Assembly (NCBI GenBank): GCA_964477745.1 | Contig: CAYZEI010000002.1 | Location: 5,054 to 69,053, forward strand | DNA: 64,000 nucleotides | DNA from: an uncultured Candidatus Saccharibacteria bacterium | GTDB lineage: Bacteria; Patescibacteriota; Doudnabacteria; UBA920 | Direction of reading: 5' to 3' | Shown here: piece after piece, positions 28,065-38,964 of the stretch | Layout of the letters: each line of letters starts with the position of its first letter | How positions within the stretch are numbered: the stretch's first letter is position 1 | Notes under the pieces: generated by a model | Seen by the model: the letters and a program-made list of their open reading frames with translations, nothing else | Databases searched by the model: none | Told to the model about the DNA's origin: nothing | Made by a program: the position numbers and the translations under genes

Positions 28065-28562
28065 GTGGAAATAAAAAAAGCTAACCAATCGCAAGCCGGA
28101 TTTACTCTTTTGGAATTATTAGTGGTTATTGCCATTATTGGGCTATTGGCCGGGGTAGTCATGCTCGGCGTTAGCAGCGCCAGAGTTAAAGCTCGAGATG
28201 CCAAACGTTCCGGTGATATGCGCCAAATGATTACCGCGCTTGAACAGTACCATATTACACACGGAATTTACCCAACCGGTAGCGGTTCTATTGCCAGTGT
28301 AGGGAATGGAGCAAGCTTAGATGACCCCACGGCTATGGATTTTACCGTTGAACCGATGATCCCGAATTATATTCCTATGTTCCCTAAAGCACCCACCCCG
28401 GCAGACGGCAGTTGCCAAGGGACAAGTGGCAGGGGAGGAAATAATTATTGGTACGATGTTGATGACGATGGTTTTTCCTACACCATGACTTTCTGTTTAG
28501 GAAAAAACGTCAGTGACTGGTCCGAAGGAATTCGTTATGCCACTCCTGAGGGAGTGAGGTAA
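28065..28562 (+). CDS. Type IV pilin / pseudopilin (prepilin N-methylation domain)
   Basis: QAG|FTLLELLVVIAIIGLLAG class-III signal. Confidence 0.8.
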   Translation: MEIKKANQSQAGFTLLELLVVIAIIGLLAGVVMLGVSSARVKARDAKRSGDMRQMITALEQYHITHGIYPTGSGSIASVGNGASLDDPTAMDFTVEPMIPNYIPMFPKAPTPADGSCQGTSGRGGNNYWYDVDDDGFSYTMTFCLGKNVSDWSEGIRYATPEGVR

Positions 28563-28587
28563 AATAAACCTATATAAAAATCCTTGC

Positions 28588-28618
28588 GGTGTAACGCAAG
28601 GATTTTTTGTTATCGTTA
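28588..28618 (+). terminator. Terminator (aaatccttgcg-gtgtaa-cgcaaggattt + T)
   Basis: Hairpin plus T-run. Confidence 0.6.
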
Positions 28619-28790
28619 TAATTCTAGTATTGTTATTGCCTGCCACCCTTTACTTCACTCTTGCCTTATGTGCTTTACCCCAAGCGTACATAGATTTTAA
28701 AATTGGCTCCAGGGTTTTCCCATAAGCAGTGGGGGAGTATTCCACCTTGGGCAGAACGCTTTTATGTGAAAACTTTGTTATACTATACTA

Positions 28791-30005
28791 ATGAATCTGT
28801 TTACTAACCTCAAAACTCCAAAATTTATAATTTTGTTCACCGTGTTTGTGGACATTTTAGGATTGGGTATTGTTATTCCGGTATTACCTTTTTACATTAA
28901 GTCTTTCGGCGTGTCCGACTTTATTGTCACTGCCTTGTTTGCGGTTTTCTCATTATTCTCATTTATAAGCGCGCCATTTTTAGGTGCTTTGTCTGACCGT
29001 ATTGGCAGAAGACCGGTGCTAATTGCCAGCATTACCAGCACCGCAATCGGCTGGTTAATTTTTGCCGCAGCACGAACTGTACCGTTAATGTTTTTGGGCC
29101 GAATTATTGACGGTAGTGCTGCCGGAAATATTTCTACCGCTCAAAGTTACTTGGTGGATATTTCCAAAGATGCAAAAGAACGTTCTGCTAACTTAGGGCT
29201 AATCGGCGCGATGTTTGGTATTGGTTTAACTATTGGACCATTAATCGGCGGAACTTTAGGTTCTATTTCTCACACCCTGCCGTTTTGGGTGGTTGGGGGT
29301 TTAGCCGCTTTAAATGCGACCATGGCTTATTTTTGGCTTCCGGAAACTCATCATACCAGAGACACCAGCAAGCCCATTGAACTTAATCCAATGGCGCCAA
29401 TTATTCGAGCTACTAAAAACCCTAAGCTCTTGCCCGGATATATTTCTTGGTTTTTGTTCGGCTTGGCCGCAGCCAGTCAACAGGCTGTCTTCTCCTTATA
29501 TTTAAATCACGTTTTTGGCTTTAAAGAATTTGTTGCCGGATTATTTTTTACCTTTATCGGGATTGCCTTGTCTTTAAACCAGGCAATATTTATAAAACGG
29601 TTTTGGATAAAAAGATTCAAAGAACCACAACTAGAACTGTACATGATGTTGGTTTTTGCGGTGGGCTTCTTATTTATGGATATTAAATATTTAGCCTTCT
29701 TTATTTTTGGTGTACTATTGGTTACTATTGGCCAATCGGTCTTGCGTGTGGTTATGTCCAGCCAAATGGTTGGAGCCAGCTTGGGCCAGCAGGGAGAAAC
29801 TTTAGGAGTTATGACTTCGGTAATGTCTTTAAGTATGATTGTCGGTCCTCTTACTGCCGGTTGGTTGTTTATAAAAAATCCCAGTTTACCGTTTTTATTT
29901 AGCTCAATGGCCGTGGCGCTGGCATTTGTATTGATTTTGTTAAACAGAAAAAAACTCGCCGCGGAAAATGCAGACGAAAACACACCGACCAGTTTCTCAA
30001 TTTAA
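28791..30005 (+). CDS. MFS transporter
   Basis: 12 TM helices. GALSDRIGRRPVL motif A. Confidence 0.85.
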   Translation: MNLFTNLKTPKFIILFTVFVDILGLGIVIPVLPFYIKSFGVSDFIVTALFAVFSLFSFISAPFLGALSDRIGRRPVLIASITSTAIGWLIFAAARTVPLMFLGRIIDGSAAGNISTAQSYLVDISKDAKERSANLGLIGAMFGIGLTIGPLIGGTLGSISHTLPFWVVGGLAALNATMAYFWLPETHHTRDTSKPIELNPMAPIIRATKNPKLLPGYISWFLFGLAAASQQAVFSLYLNHVFGFKEFVAGLFFTFIGIALSLNQAIFIKRFWIKRFKEPQLELYMMLVFAVGFLFMDIKYLAFFIFGVLLVTIGQSVLRVVMSSQMVGASLGQQGETLGVMTSVMSLSMIVGPLTAGWLFIKNPSLPFLFSSMAVALAFVLILLNRKKLAAENADENTPTSFSI

Positions 30006-30010
30006 TTTGT

Positions 30011-30724
30011 ATGAAGATGTTACTACAACTAAAACGTGACATTCGTAAATTGGCCAATCCTGCAAAAGCTAAAGTTTTGGCCGGGTTTTTTAAAACTGGC
30101 CCCGGACAATACGGGGAAGGGGATATATTTTTAGGAATTACCTTGCCCTTACAGCGCCAGTTAGTTAAACAATACTGGCGGGATTTAACCTTGGCGGACG
30201 CTGAGAGCTTATTAAAATCTAAACTCCACGAAGAACGCCTAATCGCCCTTTTAATTTTAGTTAAAAAATTTACCACCTCTGAAATCTTTAATCAAAAATC
30301 CAAAATCTATAAGTTCTATCTCTCCCACACTAAATATATTAACAATTGGGACTTGGTAGATTTATCCGCCCAGAATATTGTAGGGGAATATCTAATCGAT
30401 AAAAATCGCAGCGTACTTTATAAACTTGCCAAATCTAAAAATCTCTGGGAACGACGCATTGCTATTTTGGCAACTTTAACTTTTATTAAAAATCGCGACC
30501 CGAAAGATTCTTTGGCAATTGCAAAAATTCTGCTCTCCGACCGGCACGATCTTATTCATAAAGCTGTCGGATGGATGCTTAGAGAAATAGGCAAACGTTG
30601 CAACGAAAAAACCCTCACGGATTTTCTGGATAAAAATGTATTAAAAATGCCCCGTACAACATTACGCTATGCCATTGAACGACTTCCGGAAAAAAATAGA
30701 CTCCACTATCTGCATCTAACATGA
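30011..30724 (+). CDS. DNA alkylation repair protein (AlkC/AlkD-like HEAT-repeat glycosylase family)
   Basis: Family-like blocks (WDLVD, LWERRIAI, IHKAVGWMLRE). Confidence 0.65.
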   Translation: MKMLLQLKRDIRKLANPAKAKVLAGFFKTGPGQYGEGDIFLGITLPLQRQLVKQYWRDLTLADAESLLKSKLHEERLIALLILVKKFTTSEIFNQKSKIYKFYLSHTKYINNWDLVDLSAQNIVGEYLIDKNRSVLYKLAKSKNLWERRIAILATLTFIKNRDPKDSLAIAKILLSDRHDLIHKAVGWMLREIGKRCNEKTLTDFLDKNVLKMPRTTLRYAIERLPEKNRLHYLHLT

Positions 30725-30727
30725 GTT

Positions 30728-30765
30728 ATTCTACGCGACTCTGTAATTACATAGTCGCGTAGAAT
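30728..30765. repeat. P-family 38-bp palindrome copy 1 (attctacgcgactctgtaattacaTagtcgcgtagaat, one mismatch) + T-run; probable terminator
   Basis: Homologous to 37853..37890 and 59076..59113. Confidence 0.6.
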
Positions 30766-30834
30766 TTTTTAAACTCAGGGCATCTTCGGGCAATTTTTGT
30801 TATAATACAAGCAAAGCCTTAAAGAAACTCCAAA

Positions 30835-31509
30835 ATGGACTACATTGCTGAAATTGCTAAAATTAAATTACCTTTTACCCCCGTTGATCTACCCTTTGTC
30901 AAACGGGTGTTTGATATTATTGTGAGTTTTTTTATTATCTGTCTCTTGTCACCGCTAATTGTGGTGATATTGGTCTTGTTCTATGTGGAAGAAATTTTTT
31001 TGGCTTCCAGCCGTGGCCCGCTATTTTATAAAGAAACCAGAATCTCCAAAGGTTTGCCATTTAAAGTTTTTAAATTCCGGATTTTCAAAACCACAGCCAG
31101 TGCCGGTTATTTAAAACAACACGGTATTATTCAAACCAAAGAACTGGAAGGGGACAATAAAAACATGACCCTCACCGGGCGATTGCTTAAACAAATCTAT
31201 ATGGATGAGCTCCCGCAAATTTATAATGTAATCAAAGGCGACATGACACTGGTGGGACCTCGTCCTTCCAATGAAGTGGTAACTTACGAAGACGGCATGG
31301 CAGGAAGGTTTCAGCGGTTTTTATTTAAAGGCGGTCTTACCGGCCCTTTCCAGGCACAAAAAGATTCCCCGACCAGACCAGTGCAAAGCGAGGCGGATAT
31401 TGAATATATTTTATTTTGTAAAAATAATCCCGGCTGGAAAATTATTTTAAAAGATCTGCACATAATTGGCCAAACAATTTTCACCGTACTGCGGGCTAAG
31501 GGGATATAA
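30835..31509 (+). CDS. Bacterial sugar transferase (polyprenyl-phosphate glycosyl-1-phosphate transferase family)
   Basis: FDIIVSFFII...PLFYKETRISKG...DELPQIYNVIKGDMTLVGPRP. Confidence 0.8.
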   Translation: MDYIAEIAKIKLPFTPVDLPFVKRVFDIIVSFFIICLLSPLIVVILVLFYVEEIFLASSRGPLFYKETRISKGLPFKVFKFRIFKTTASAGYLKQHGIIQTKELEGDNKNMTLTGRLLKQIYMDELPQIYNVIKGDMTLVGPRPSNEVVTYEDGMAGRFQRFLFKGGLTGPFQAQKDSPTRPVQSEADIEYILFCKNNPGWKIILKDLHIIGQTIFTVLRAKGI

Positions 31510-31527
31510 TTTTAAACCGATACTATA

Positions 31528-32655
31528 ATGGAACCATTAGCCAATAAAATTAGGCCCACTTCCTTAGAGACTTTTGTCGGGCAAAAACATTTGGTGGGCG
31601 AGGGCAAGCCCTTACGGCAGGCGATTGAAAATAAACACCTGTTTAGTTTTTTGTTTTGGGGTCCACCGGGAGTAGGAAAGACCACACTAGCCAGAATTTA
31701 TGCCAAAGCAGTTAATGCCGAATACCACGAGCTGTCCGCGGTGTCCGCCGGCAAAGACGACATTCGGGCAATTGTAGATAAACCAACCATGATGGGTCAG
31801 CCGAAAATTTTATTTTTGGACGAAATCCATCGCTTCAACAAAGCCCAACAGGATTTTTTATTACCTTACGTGGAATCGGGCAAACTCACTTTAATTGGCG
31901 CCACCACAGAAAATCCCAGTTTTGAAGTTATCCCGGCCCTACTTTCCCGCTGTCGAGTTTTTGTACTTAATGAACTTAGTAGTGACGAGGTAGGGGAAAT
32001 TATTAAACGATCAAAAGTCAAAATTACCAAAGAGGCCACTGCATGGCTTATTGCCCTGTCAAATGGTGATGCCAGACAAGCCCTGACTATGATAGATAAC
32101 TGTTTAAGTCTTTATGACAAACTAACCATTGAGAATTTAAAAAATACTTTACAATCAAAATTTTTACGGTACGATAAAAAAGGCGAGGAACATTACAATA
32201 TAATTTCCGCGTTTATAAAAAGCATGCGAGCCGGCCAAGCCAGTGCCGCTATGTATTATCTAGCCCGCATGGTGGAAGCAGGGGAGGACCCTAAATTTAT
32301 TGCCCGGAGAATGGTAGTTTTTTCCAGTGAAGATGTTGGGCTGGCCCAACCTACGGCCTTGGTGGTGGCTAACGCGGTTTTTGCCGCTTGCCTGCAAATT
32401 GGTTATCCGGAATGTGCTATAAACCTTGCTCACGGCGTGGCTTATTTAGCAAATTGCAAAAAAGATCGTAGCGCCTATAATGCTTTAAGATCCGCCCAGG
32501 AAGACGCAAAAAATTTAGGCAATTTGCCCGTGCCCTTGAAATTACGCAACGCTTCCACTAAACTAATGAAAGATTTAGGCTACGGTGAGGGTTACGAAAA
32601 ATACGATTCAGACGATTACCTCCCCAAAGAGCTTAAAGGTAAAAAATATTTTTAA
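31528..32655 (+). CDS. rarA: Replication-associated recombination protein A (AAA+ ATPase)
   Basis: Walker [10 protein letters not shown], Walker B FLDEIHRF. MgsA C-terminal domain. Confidence 0.9.
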   Translation: MEPLANKIRPTSLETFVGQKHLVGEGKPLRQAIENKHLFSFLFWGPPGVGKTTLARIYAKAVNAEYHELSAVSAGKDDIRAIVDKPTMMGQPKILFLDEIHRFNKAQQDFLLPYVESGKLTLIGATTENPSFEVIPALLSRCRVFVLNELSSDEVGEIIKRSKVKITKEATAWLIALSNGDARQALTMIDNCLSLYDKLTIENLKNTLQSKFLRYDKKGEEHYNIISAFIKSMRAGQASAAMYYLARMVEAGEDPKFIARRMVVFSSEDVGLAQPTALVVANAVFAACLQIGYPECAINLAHGVAYLANCKKDRSAYNALRSAQEDAKNLGNLPVPLKLRNASTKLMKDLGYGEGYEKYDSDDYLPKELKGKKYF

Positions 32656-32658
32656 ACT

Positions 32659-33096
32659 ATGGAAACCACCACAAATTTTGAAACTAATTTTCCTAACCCC
32701 GAAGCCGAGTCTGAACTTTTACGGATTGCCGGTGTTTTAGAAACTTTGGATCCAAAAAATAAAGACCACTACTTGGAAGTGTTAAAAAATACAGCGGTGG
32801 AAATTGAAAAAATTGTCAGACAAATTATTGACCACCCCATAGTTAAAGGCCATTACTCATATAACGGAATATTTTTTGAAAATAACAAAGAAATGATTCG
32901 CATTGAGGACGGACTTCACTTTTTAAAATCCATCACAACTTCTAAAGCCTTAGAACAAGCCTATAAGCTGGGGGGCGGAAGAGAAGGAGTTGCCGGACAA
33001 ATTGACAAGTTAAAAGGAGAATTGGACGAAGCTATTATCCAATTACAAAGCCTTTCTCTTATCCGCAAATTCGATAAATCAATTCCCCATGCCTAA
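32659..33096 (+). CDS. Hypothetical protein
   Basis: 145-aa ORF. Confidence 0.4.
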   Translation: METTTNFETNFPNPEAESELLRIAGVLETLDPKNKDHYLEVLKNTAVEIEKIVRQIIDHPIVKGHYSYNGIFFENNKEMIRIEDGLHFLKSITTSKALEQAYKLGGGREGVAGQIDKLKGELDEAIIQLQSLSLIRKFDKSIPHA

Positions 33097-33173
33097 TTTT
33101 CAGCCATTTAAGGAATAGCGACTACCGAGATTTAGCAAAGACAACAAATAAATTTGATTAAAATTATCTTTAC

Positions 33174-34043
33174 ATGCTCTCATTAAACACCAATCCACAA
33201 ACTCAACCCAAAAAGGATATCTTACATCAACAACTTATTCCACTTATTCTTACAGTTGTGGTTTTTTTGTTTTTGTGGGCAATTTTTTTTGTTGCCATTT
33301 TCGGACTGAATTTAATTCCGAATACTGACGACATTTCCCTTAAAATTAGGTGGTATGATGTGCTAATCGGAGGCACTATTTATTTAAAAACTTCCGTGGA
33401 TTTTGCTATTTTCATGGGCAGGCTTATGTCCAGCAATCCGGGCTGGAAAAATAGAATTGCCATAGAAATCGGCACAGCTTTGGGTAACGGACTTGGTACC
33501 ATTGTGGTATTAATAATATGGACATTCTTTAAAGAAGTTGAATGGCTGTTGGCAATAATGATCTTTATTGCTTCGATTGTGTTGTTTGAACTGGCATTTG
33601 CTTCGCTTGAACACTTTTCTAACTGGGAAGGCGAGGGCAAATTAAAACGCCTTACTTATTCCATAATAAACAACGGTTTAACATTTGCGGTAAAATTTAC
33701 TCAACCGATTACAAAAAAAATCCTCCCTGATTTAGGCGAAAAACTTAAGGGTAGCCAAGCGCTTCCGTGGAAAAAACTTTTATTCTTTTCCTTTAGCGTG
33801 CCCTTTATTTTAGGGCTAGATGATTTTGCCGGCTATGTGCCTTTATTTAATATTGTTAATGTATTCGGATTTTCCTTGGGGGTAATTGGAGCACACACCT
33901 TGTTAAATATTGCCTTGTTTATAAACCCCAGCGCTACTGTCAAAATTGTCCGAAATGAATGGGTGTCATTCATCGGCAGTCTTGCATTTATTGGCCTTGG
34001 TATTTGGGGATTAATTGAAGTTGTAAAAATAATCTTACACTAA
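33174..34043 (+). CDS. Hypothetical polytopic membrane protein
   Basis: Multiple TM helices. Confidence 0.45.
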   Translation: MLSLNTNPQTQPKKDILHQQLIPLILTVVVFLFLWAIFFVAIFGLNLIPNTDDISLKIRWYDVLIGGTIYLKTSVDFAIFMGRLMSSNPGWKNRIAIEIGTALGNGLGTIVVLIIWTFFKEVEWLLAIMIFIASIVLFELAFASLEHFSNWEGEGKLKRLTYSIINNGLTFAVKFTQPITKKILPDLGEKLKGSQALPWKKLLFFSFSVPFILGLDDFAGYVPLFNIVNVFGFSLGVIGAHTLLNIALFINPSATVKIVRNEWVSFIGSLAFIGLGIWGLIEVVKIILH

Positions 34044-35084
34044 ATGGATTTAGAGACTTTACTAAAACAGTACGACTACAAAATATCTCCACGTCGGATT
34101 GCTCAAAAACCAGCCAGCCCTCGCGACAGCGCGAGGCTTTTGGTATATCGGCAAAAAACTAAATCTTTAAGTTTTGATACATTTAAAAATATCGGTAAAT
34201 ACCTTCCACCTAACGCGTTGCTGGTATTTAACCAAACCAAAGTCGTACCCGCACGATTGCAAATTACCAAAACCACCGGCGGGAAAGCGGAAATACTTTA
34301 CATTAGCCACGATAAAAACCTCATTCAAGTCTTAAGTAACAGATATTTATCCATTGGTTCAAATATTCAACTCAGTCGCCAAGGTAAAAGCAATTTTTTG
34401 GTTGTTAAAAAAATTAAACAATTTTATTATCTTAAACCAAACTTTCCAACAAATAAAATAAAATCCATATTGGAGAAATATGGGCTTACTCCACTCCCGC
34501 CATATATTAAGCATTCTCCTTTAACCGAAAAACAAAAAAAAGAACAGTACCAAACCGTATTTGCCAAGGCGGGACTGTCCGTGGCAGCTCCTACGGCCAG
34601 CTTACATTTTACTAAAAATTTGATCGCCAAATTAAAAAAACAGGGGATTAGCATAAAATATGTAACCTTAAATGTAAATTTAGGAACCTTCGCACCCCTG
34701 CGGGAAGAAAATTTAGCGACCGGCAAACTTCATACTGAAAGTTATGAAATAGACAAAAAAACCGCAACTGAATTAAATTTAGCCCGCAAACAAAACCGCT
34801 CAATAATCGCCGCCGGCACAACAGTGGTAAGGACTTTGGAATCCGCATCTTTTAATGGAAAACTTAAAAACCTTTCCGGTAAAACCCAACTGTTTATTAA
34901 ACCCGGATTTAATTTTCAATTTACAACAGGGTTAATTACAAATTTCCATGTACCAAAATCCAGTTTACTCATGCTGGTGTCCGCCTTTGTCGGGAAAAAA
35001 ACTTTGTTTAATTTATATAAAAAGGCCCTTGCGAAAAAATTTAGATTTTTTTCTTTTGGTGATGGAATGCTGATTTTGCCTTAA
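34044..35084 (+). CDS. queA: S-adenosylmethionine:tRNA ribosyltransferase-isomerase
   Basis: YDYKISPRRIAQKPASPRDSARLLVY N-terminal signature. Confidence 0.9.
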   Translation: MDLETLLKQYDYKISPRRIAQKPASPRDSARLLVYRQKTKSLSFDTFKNIGKYLPPNALLVFNQTKVVPARLQITKTTGGKAEILYISHDKNLIQVLSNRYLSIGSNIQLSRQGKSNFLVVKKIKQFYYLKPNFPTNKIKSILEKYGLTPLPPYIKHSPLTEKQKKEQYQTVFAKAGLSVAAPTASLHFTKNLIAKLKKQGISIKYVTLNVNLGTFAPLREENLATGKLHTESYEIDKKTATELNLARKQNRSIIAAGTTVVRTLESASFNGKLKNLSGKTQLFIKPGFNFQFTTGLITNFHVPKSSLLMLVSAFVGKKTLFNLYKKALAKKFRFFSFGDGMLILP

Positions 35085-35311
35085 GGGCCTGTGGATATTT
35101 ATTTTTCTTTTTCTGCTGAATTTATTGTCGTTTAAAATCCGAAATTTGAAAAATCGCATAAATAAGACGGAATTATCCTATCAATTTCGTATTTTACTAT
35201 GAATAAGCCCTAACTCTCTTGACATGTTTTAAAAACCCTTGATTTTATTGGGTTTTTTAGTTAAGATTTAAACGTCTACACAAATTATTAAAAAAATGGA
35301 GACACAAAATT

Positions 35312-35584
35312 ATGACAAAGTCAGAAATTTTGCAGGCCTTAGCCGACAAGCTCGGTAAAACCCGCAAAGAAGTAAGCGAATTCATGGACGCCATGGTGGA
35401 AATGGCCTATGCCGTGACCAAAAAAGAAGGCGAATTTGTAATCCCAGGAATGGGCAAATTACAAAAGAAGCATCGCGATGCGAGAATGGGTCGCAACCCA
35501 GCCACTGGCGCCAGCATTTCAATTCCGGCCAAAACCGTTCTGAAATTCCGCGTAGCCAAAGCTGCCAAAGACGCCATCCTGTAA
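35312..35584 (+). CDS. hup: DNA-binding protein HU
   Basis: GRNPATGASISIPAK arm motif. Confidence 0.9.
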   Translation: MTKSEILQALADKLGKTRKEVSEFMDAMVEMAYAVTKKEGEFVIPGMGKLQKKHRDARMGRNPATGASISIPAKTVLKFRVAKAAKDAIL

Positions 35585-35598
35585 TTTATTACAAACTT

Positions 35599-35633
35599 AA
35601 ACCATCCCGCATAGTCGGGGTGGTTTTTTGTTT
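35599..35633 (+). terminator. Terminator (aaaccatcccg-catagt-cggggtggttt + T)
   Basis: 11-bp stem with one G-U pair. Confidence 0.6.
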
Positions 35634-35659
35634 TCCGAATTTTATGGTATAATATTCAA

Positions 35660-36100
35660 ATGAAAATACATCCAAGTAAAATATTTTTAGAAACAAAAAA
35701 ACAGTTTGAAATAGTGGATATTACCAGCCACGTGCAAAAGGCGGTTTTGGAATCCGGGATTAAAAACGGAATAGTGGTTGTATTTTGCCCGCATACCACC
35801 GCCGCAATTAGAGTTAATCATAATGAACCGCTACTACTTCAGGACATTATGAAAACCCTTTACCGCATAGTGCCCATAGATCAAAGCTATAGTCATGATT
35901 TATTTGAGGTCAGACAAAACGTGGCTCCAAATGAGCGAAGTAATGGCCATGCCCACGTGAAAGCTTTTTTACTTGGATCATCCGAAAATTTACCAATTGA
36001 AAAAGGGTCTCTTTCCATTGGCGCTAAACAAAGCGTGTTATTTATTGAACTGGACGGCGGAAGAAGCAGGGAAGTAAATTTACAAATTTTGGGAGAATAA
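35660..36100 (+). CDS. YjbQ/UPF0047 family protein
   Basis: FCPHTTAAI...HAHVKAFLLG family blocks. Upstream TGgTATAAT. Confidence 0.75.
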   Translation: MKIHPSKIFLETKKQFEIVDITSHVQKAVLESGIKNGIVVVFCPHTTAAIRVNHNEPLLLQDIMKTLYRIVPIDQSYSHDLFEVRQNVAPNERSNGHAHVKAFLLGSSENLPIEKGSLSIGAKQSVLFIELDGGRSREVNLQILGE

Positions 36101-36226
36101 CCAAAAATACTTTTTACCGGCGCATCGCGCACCGGTGCCCTATGAAATTTTAATAAATACTCTTAAGGATGGTCGGTCTTAAGAAATCTTCAGACAAAAA
36201 AATCAAAATAAATTAAAGAAAGGACT

Positions 36227-36913
36227 ATGATGGAATATACTACTTACCAATTAATGGTAGTCAACGCTTTGGGGGATTTGTACTCCAAAACAATAATCTA
36301 CCTGCCAAATATTCTTGCCGCGGTAATTGTTTTGGTTCTCGGTTGGATTTTGGCAATATTTTTAAGCAAGTTGGTTGTTAAAATTTTAGATGTAATTAAA
36401 GTTGATTCGCTTGCCAACCAGTTAGGAATGCAAAACTTGGGGCAAAAAATGGAAAAGAAACTTAGCCTATCCGCGCTTGGCGGTTGGCTGGTTAAATGGT
36501 TCTTCTTCATTGGAAGCATTATTGCCGCCACTGACATTTTAGGACTTCAGGCAATTTCAACTTTTCTATTTCAAGGAGTACTTAGCTATGCCGGGCAAGT
36601 GATTGTGGCAATGGCGATTTTACTTTTGGGTTTACTGGCTGCGAATTTCTTTTCCGGCATAGTAAATTCCGCAGTCAAAGCCAGCGGACTTCATAAAGGC
36701 GAGGCTTTGGGCGCATTAACCAAATGGGCGATTGTGGGATTCAGCGTGATTGCAGCGCTATCACAATTACAAATTGCTACCGCATTCTTACAGGACTTGT
36801 TCCGAGCCATTGTGGCCATGTTGGCCATTGCCGGCGGATTGGCTTTTGGTTTGGGCGGACAGGGCACAGCCAAACGAATCTTGGAAAGCGCGGAAGAAAC
36901 TTTAAAATCTTAA
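36227..36913 (+). CDS. Membrane protein with two 'conserved TM helix' repeats
   Basis: Internal duplication of an approximately 100-aa unit. Confidence 0.45.
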   Translation: MMEYTTYQLMVVNALGDLYSKTIIYLPNILAAVIVLVLGWILAIFLSKLVVKILDVIKVDSLANQLGMQNLGQKMEKKLSLSALGGWLVKWFFFIGSIIAATDILGLQAISTFLFQGVLSYAGQVIVAMAILLLGLLAANFFSGIVNSAVKASGLHKGEALGALTKWAIVGFSVIAALSQLQIATAFLQDLFRAIVAMLAIAGGLAFGLGGQGTAKRILESAEETLKS

Positions 36914-36938
36914 ACAATCGTAAAAAATACTGTATACT

Positions 36939-36979
36939 ATTCTCAGACTCCGCAAAATGCGGAGTCTGAGAATTTTTTT
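36939..36979 (+). terminator. Terminator (attctcagactccg-caaaat-gcggagtctgagaat + T7)
   Basis: Near-perfect palindrome. Confidence 0.7.
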
Positions 36980-37849
36980 ATGTCTATGATTAGAAAACTA
37001 CTTACAACTTTTATTTTAATCTTTATTGCTATTGGGCTATTAGGTATTTACTATGTTATAAAGCTCAAAAACACCCCAAAAACGGTTAAAACACCTGCCA
37101 AGGCTCAAGAGGTCACCTTGCGCTTTATTGAAGGCTGGAACACAACGCAGATTGCCTCATATTTGAATTTCTATGGGGATCGCCCGCAACTGGCGCATAT
37201 CGTAAACAGCGGGGATTTTTTGGTCGCCCAAAAAGAATTTTCCGTAAAAGATTACCCGCTTCTCGCATCCAAGCCGGAAAAAGCCGATCTGGAAGGTTTT
37301 TTGTTTCCGGACAGCTATCGCTTTTACCTTTCTGCACTAAGCCTTGCTTCCAGCACGCCTAAGGAAATTAGCAATACCATAATAAAAAAAATGCTGGATA
37401 ATTTTGCTTTAAAATTTACCCCTGAAATGCAGAAGCAAGCGGACAAACAAAAATTATCCGTTTATAAAATTATTACCTTAGCTTCGGTACTGGAAAAAGA
37501 AACCGGTGCCAGTTTAGCGGAAAAGAAAATTGTGGCCGGAATTTTTTATAACCGGTTAAAAATCGGCATGCCGTTGCAAAGTGATGCTACAGTAAATTAC
37601 GCCACCAAAAAAGATCTACCCAGCCCAACTGAGGCAGATACCAAAATTGACTCCCCGTACAACACTTATAAATACCCGGGACTGCCGATGGGGCCCATCT
37701 GTAACCCCTCTTTAAACTCCATAATTGCCGCGTTAGAGCCCGATAATACCGACTACCTGTATTTCCTCCATGACCAAAAAACCGGCCAAGCCTACTACGC
37801 CAAAACCTACGACGAGCACTTTGCTAACAAGTACAAATACTTAAAATAA
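36980..37849 (+). CDS. mltG: Endolytic murein transglycosylase (YceG-like)
   Basis: N-terminal TM. EGFLFPDSYRF signature. Confidence 0.85.
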   Translation: MSMIRKLLTTFILIFIAIGLLGIYYVIKLKNTPKTVKTPAKAQEVTLRFIEGWNTTQIASYLNFYGDRPQLAHIVNSGDFLVAQKEFSVKDYPLLASKPEKADLEGFLFPDSYRFYLSALSLASSTPKEISNTIIKKMLDNFALKFTPEMQKQADKQKLSVYKIITLASVLEKETGASLAEKKIVAGIFYNRLKIGMPLQSDATVNYATKKDLPSPTEADTKIDSPYNTYKYPGLPMGPICNPSLNSIIAALEPDNTDYLYFLHDQKTGQAYYAKTYDEHFANKYKYLK

Positions 37850-37852
37850 TAT

Positions 37853-37890
37853 ATTCTACGCGACTCTGTAATTACAGAGTCGCGTAGAAT
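37853..37890. repeat. P-family palindrome copy 2 (perfect 38-bp, centre TAATTA)
   Basis: attctacgcgactctgtaattacagagtcgcgtagaat. Confidence 0.6.
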
Positions 37891-37947
37891 CATTTATAGA
37901 CAAATAAAAAATGCACGAGCGTGCATTTTTTATTTTAAGAAAATAAT

Positions 37948-38874
37948 TTATTCTAATTTACTGCCAACAAAATTTTGGTAGCCGTTTAAGAATTCCAAAA
38001 TCGGACTTTCGTTTTTCCCTTCCAATTGTAATGAGCTGATTTGTAAAGCGGTGTTTTGTCCACAAACCAGAATTCCTTGTTCCAGCACTGTTCCTGGTGC
38101 ATTTTGTCCTACCGGCCAATCAACAGCCGGATAGCAACCGGTAACTTTTAATTTTTTCCCGTTCCACGTAGTCCAAATTCCCGGCCAAAGGTAGAAAGCG
38201 CGAAATTGATTATATATTTCCTGGGCGGTTTTATTCCAATCCACCTTCCCGTCATTTTTGGAAATAATATTGGTGTGACTAACGCCCGTTTCCACTTGGG
38301 GAAGGGGAGTGACTTTACCGGAAGTATAGTCTTGAACCACCCCACTGATAATTCTTGCGGACAACTTGGCAAGCTTGTCTGAAAGAGTAAAATAATTATC
38401 ATCCGGTTCAACGGCAATGATTTCTTGTGCAATGAGCGGGCCGGTATCCACTTGCTCATCAAGAACAAAAATACTGGTTCCGGAATGGCTGTCGCCGTTT
38501 AACAACGAGGCCTGAATCGGGGATGGTCCGCGATATTTGGGAAGCAAAGAAAAATGCACGTTAATAGTTTTATATGGGGGCAAATTTATAACTTCCAAAG
38601 GTAAAATCTTGCCGTAAGCCACAACCACAAAAATATCGGCATTTAAACCTTGAAGCAGACTTAAAAATTCAGGATTATTTTTTACCCGGTCGGGTTTATG
38701 CAGAGGGAGTTTTAAATCAACCGCCAATGCGGAAACCGGACTTTCCTGCAGTATTTGTTTTCTGCCCACTTTTACATCCGGGTTTGTTACCACGGCTAAA
38801 ATTTCGTGCTCTTTTTTTAAAGCTTCCAAAATGGGTAAGGCGACATTAGCAGTGCCAAAAAAAACAATACGCAT
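37948..38874 (-). CDS. fmt: Methionyl-tRNA formyltransferase
   Basis: MRIVFFGT start and SLLPKYRG motif. The upstream 17 codons of the track ORF overlap a palindromic element and are judged non-coding. Confidence 0.9.
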   Translation of the reverse strand: MRIVFFGTANVALPILEALKKEHEILAVVTNPDVKVGRKQILQESPVSALAVDLKLPLHKPDRVKNNPEFLSLLQGLNADIFVVVAYGKILPLEVINLPPYKTINVHFSLLPKYRGPSPIQASLLNGDSHSGTSIFVLDEQVDTGPLIAQEIIAVEPDDNYFTLSDKLAKLSARIISGVVQDYTSGKVTPLPQVETGVSHTNIISKNDGKVDWNKTAQEIYNQFRAFYLWPGIWTTWNGKKLKVTGCYPAVDWPVGQNAPGTVLEQGILVCGQNTALQISSLQLEGKNESPILEFLNGYQNFVGSKLE

Positions 38875-38875
38875 A

Positions 38876-38952
38876 TTAGCGATCCTAATCTCCGAATAGC
38901 ATCCGAATGTTCCGAATGGGCCCAATTCGGGGCATTCGGATATAATTCGTTG
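38876..38952. repeat. Imperfect long palindrome built from ccgaat / attcgg units
   Basis: atccgaatagcatccgaatgttccgaatgggcccaattcggggcattcggatataattcgttgtattcggat. Confidence 0.5.
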
Positions 38953-38964
38953 TATTCGGATCGG

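Noticed and set aside
37948-38925. N-terminal extensions of fmt (38875-38925), NifS-like (48676-48741) and ftsE (56900-56920) as given by the ORF track
   Set aside because: The extensions run through palindromic/hairpin elements and precede conserved canonical N-termini (MRIVFFGT, MYQKK..LIYLDYAS, MIKFENV).
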